From Bdellovibrio sp. ZAP7 (GTDB taxonomy: Bacteria; Bdellovibrionota_B; Oligoflexia; Oligoflexales; RGVZ01): a DNA stretch of 64,000 bases. The position numbers and the translations under genes are program-made. The stretch lies in assembly GCA_945900755.1 (NCBI GenBank), contig CAMDKS010000011.1, forward strand, positions 5,837-69,836, in the 5' to 3' direction. Under the pieces are notes generated by a model. The model saw only the letters and a list, made by a program, of their open reading frames with translations, ran no database searches and had not been told where the DNA came from. Positions 63,994 through 64,000 of the stretch are shown here, piece after piece; the stretch's first letter is position 1, and every line of letters begins with the position of its first letter.

Positions 63994-64000
63994 CCTATTC

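Overview
The window looks like a 64-kb stretch of a Gram-negative bacterial chromosome. Its gene content (many secreted or lipoprotein hydrolases, TPR proteins, sigma-54-type promoters, a PilZ domain, a flagellar cap gene) fits a Bdellovibrionota/Oligoflexia-like or other deltaproteobacterial-type organism, but I cannot verify the lineage without a search. Coding density is high on both strands. I found no rRNA, tRNA or CRISPR array. Housekeeping genes I recognise: hemN, clpB, rpsA, a J-domain co-chaperone, ppiC, nnr, rpoZ, ctaA, glpX, fliD, pdxH, mlaE, tatD, and a kynB-like formamidase in a three-gene translationally coupled operon. Between them are accessory-looking genes. The observations I rank highest: (1) A 2.0-kb insert is bracketed by 93-bp direct repeats that match at 92 of 93 positions. 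It carries a single COG1373-type AAA+ ATPase with a PD-(D/E)xK-like C-terminus and an internal inverted duplication. (2) Three divergent paralogues of a secreted HEFGHH gluzincin-like metalloprotease occur in the window. One has a textbook sigma-54 promoter and one has a Cys/TM/Arg C-terminal sorting-like tail. (3) One protein fuses CHASE2, a class III nucleotide cyclase and PilZ, and is translationally coupled to a lipoprotein gene. (4) A globin-coupled histidine kinase has a globin-coding region with no canonical start codon, and it sits divergently next to a REC-kinase hybrid in a haem/redox-themed neighbourhood. (5) Two tandem paralogous small proteins of unknown function sit in an AT-richer patch. 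(6) Shared sigma-32-like promoters precede clpB and the J-domain gene, and three sigma-54-like promoters are present. All functional calls come from motifs read by eye in the translations. No database search was run.
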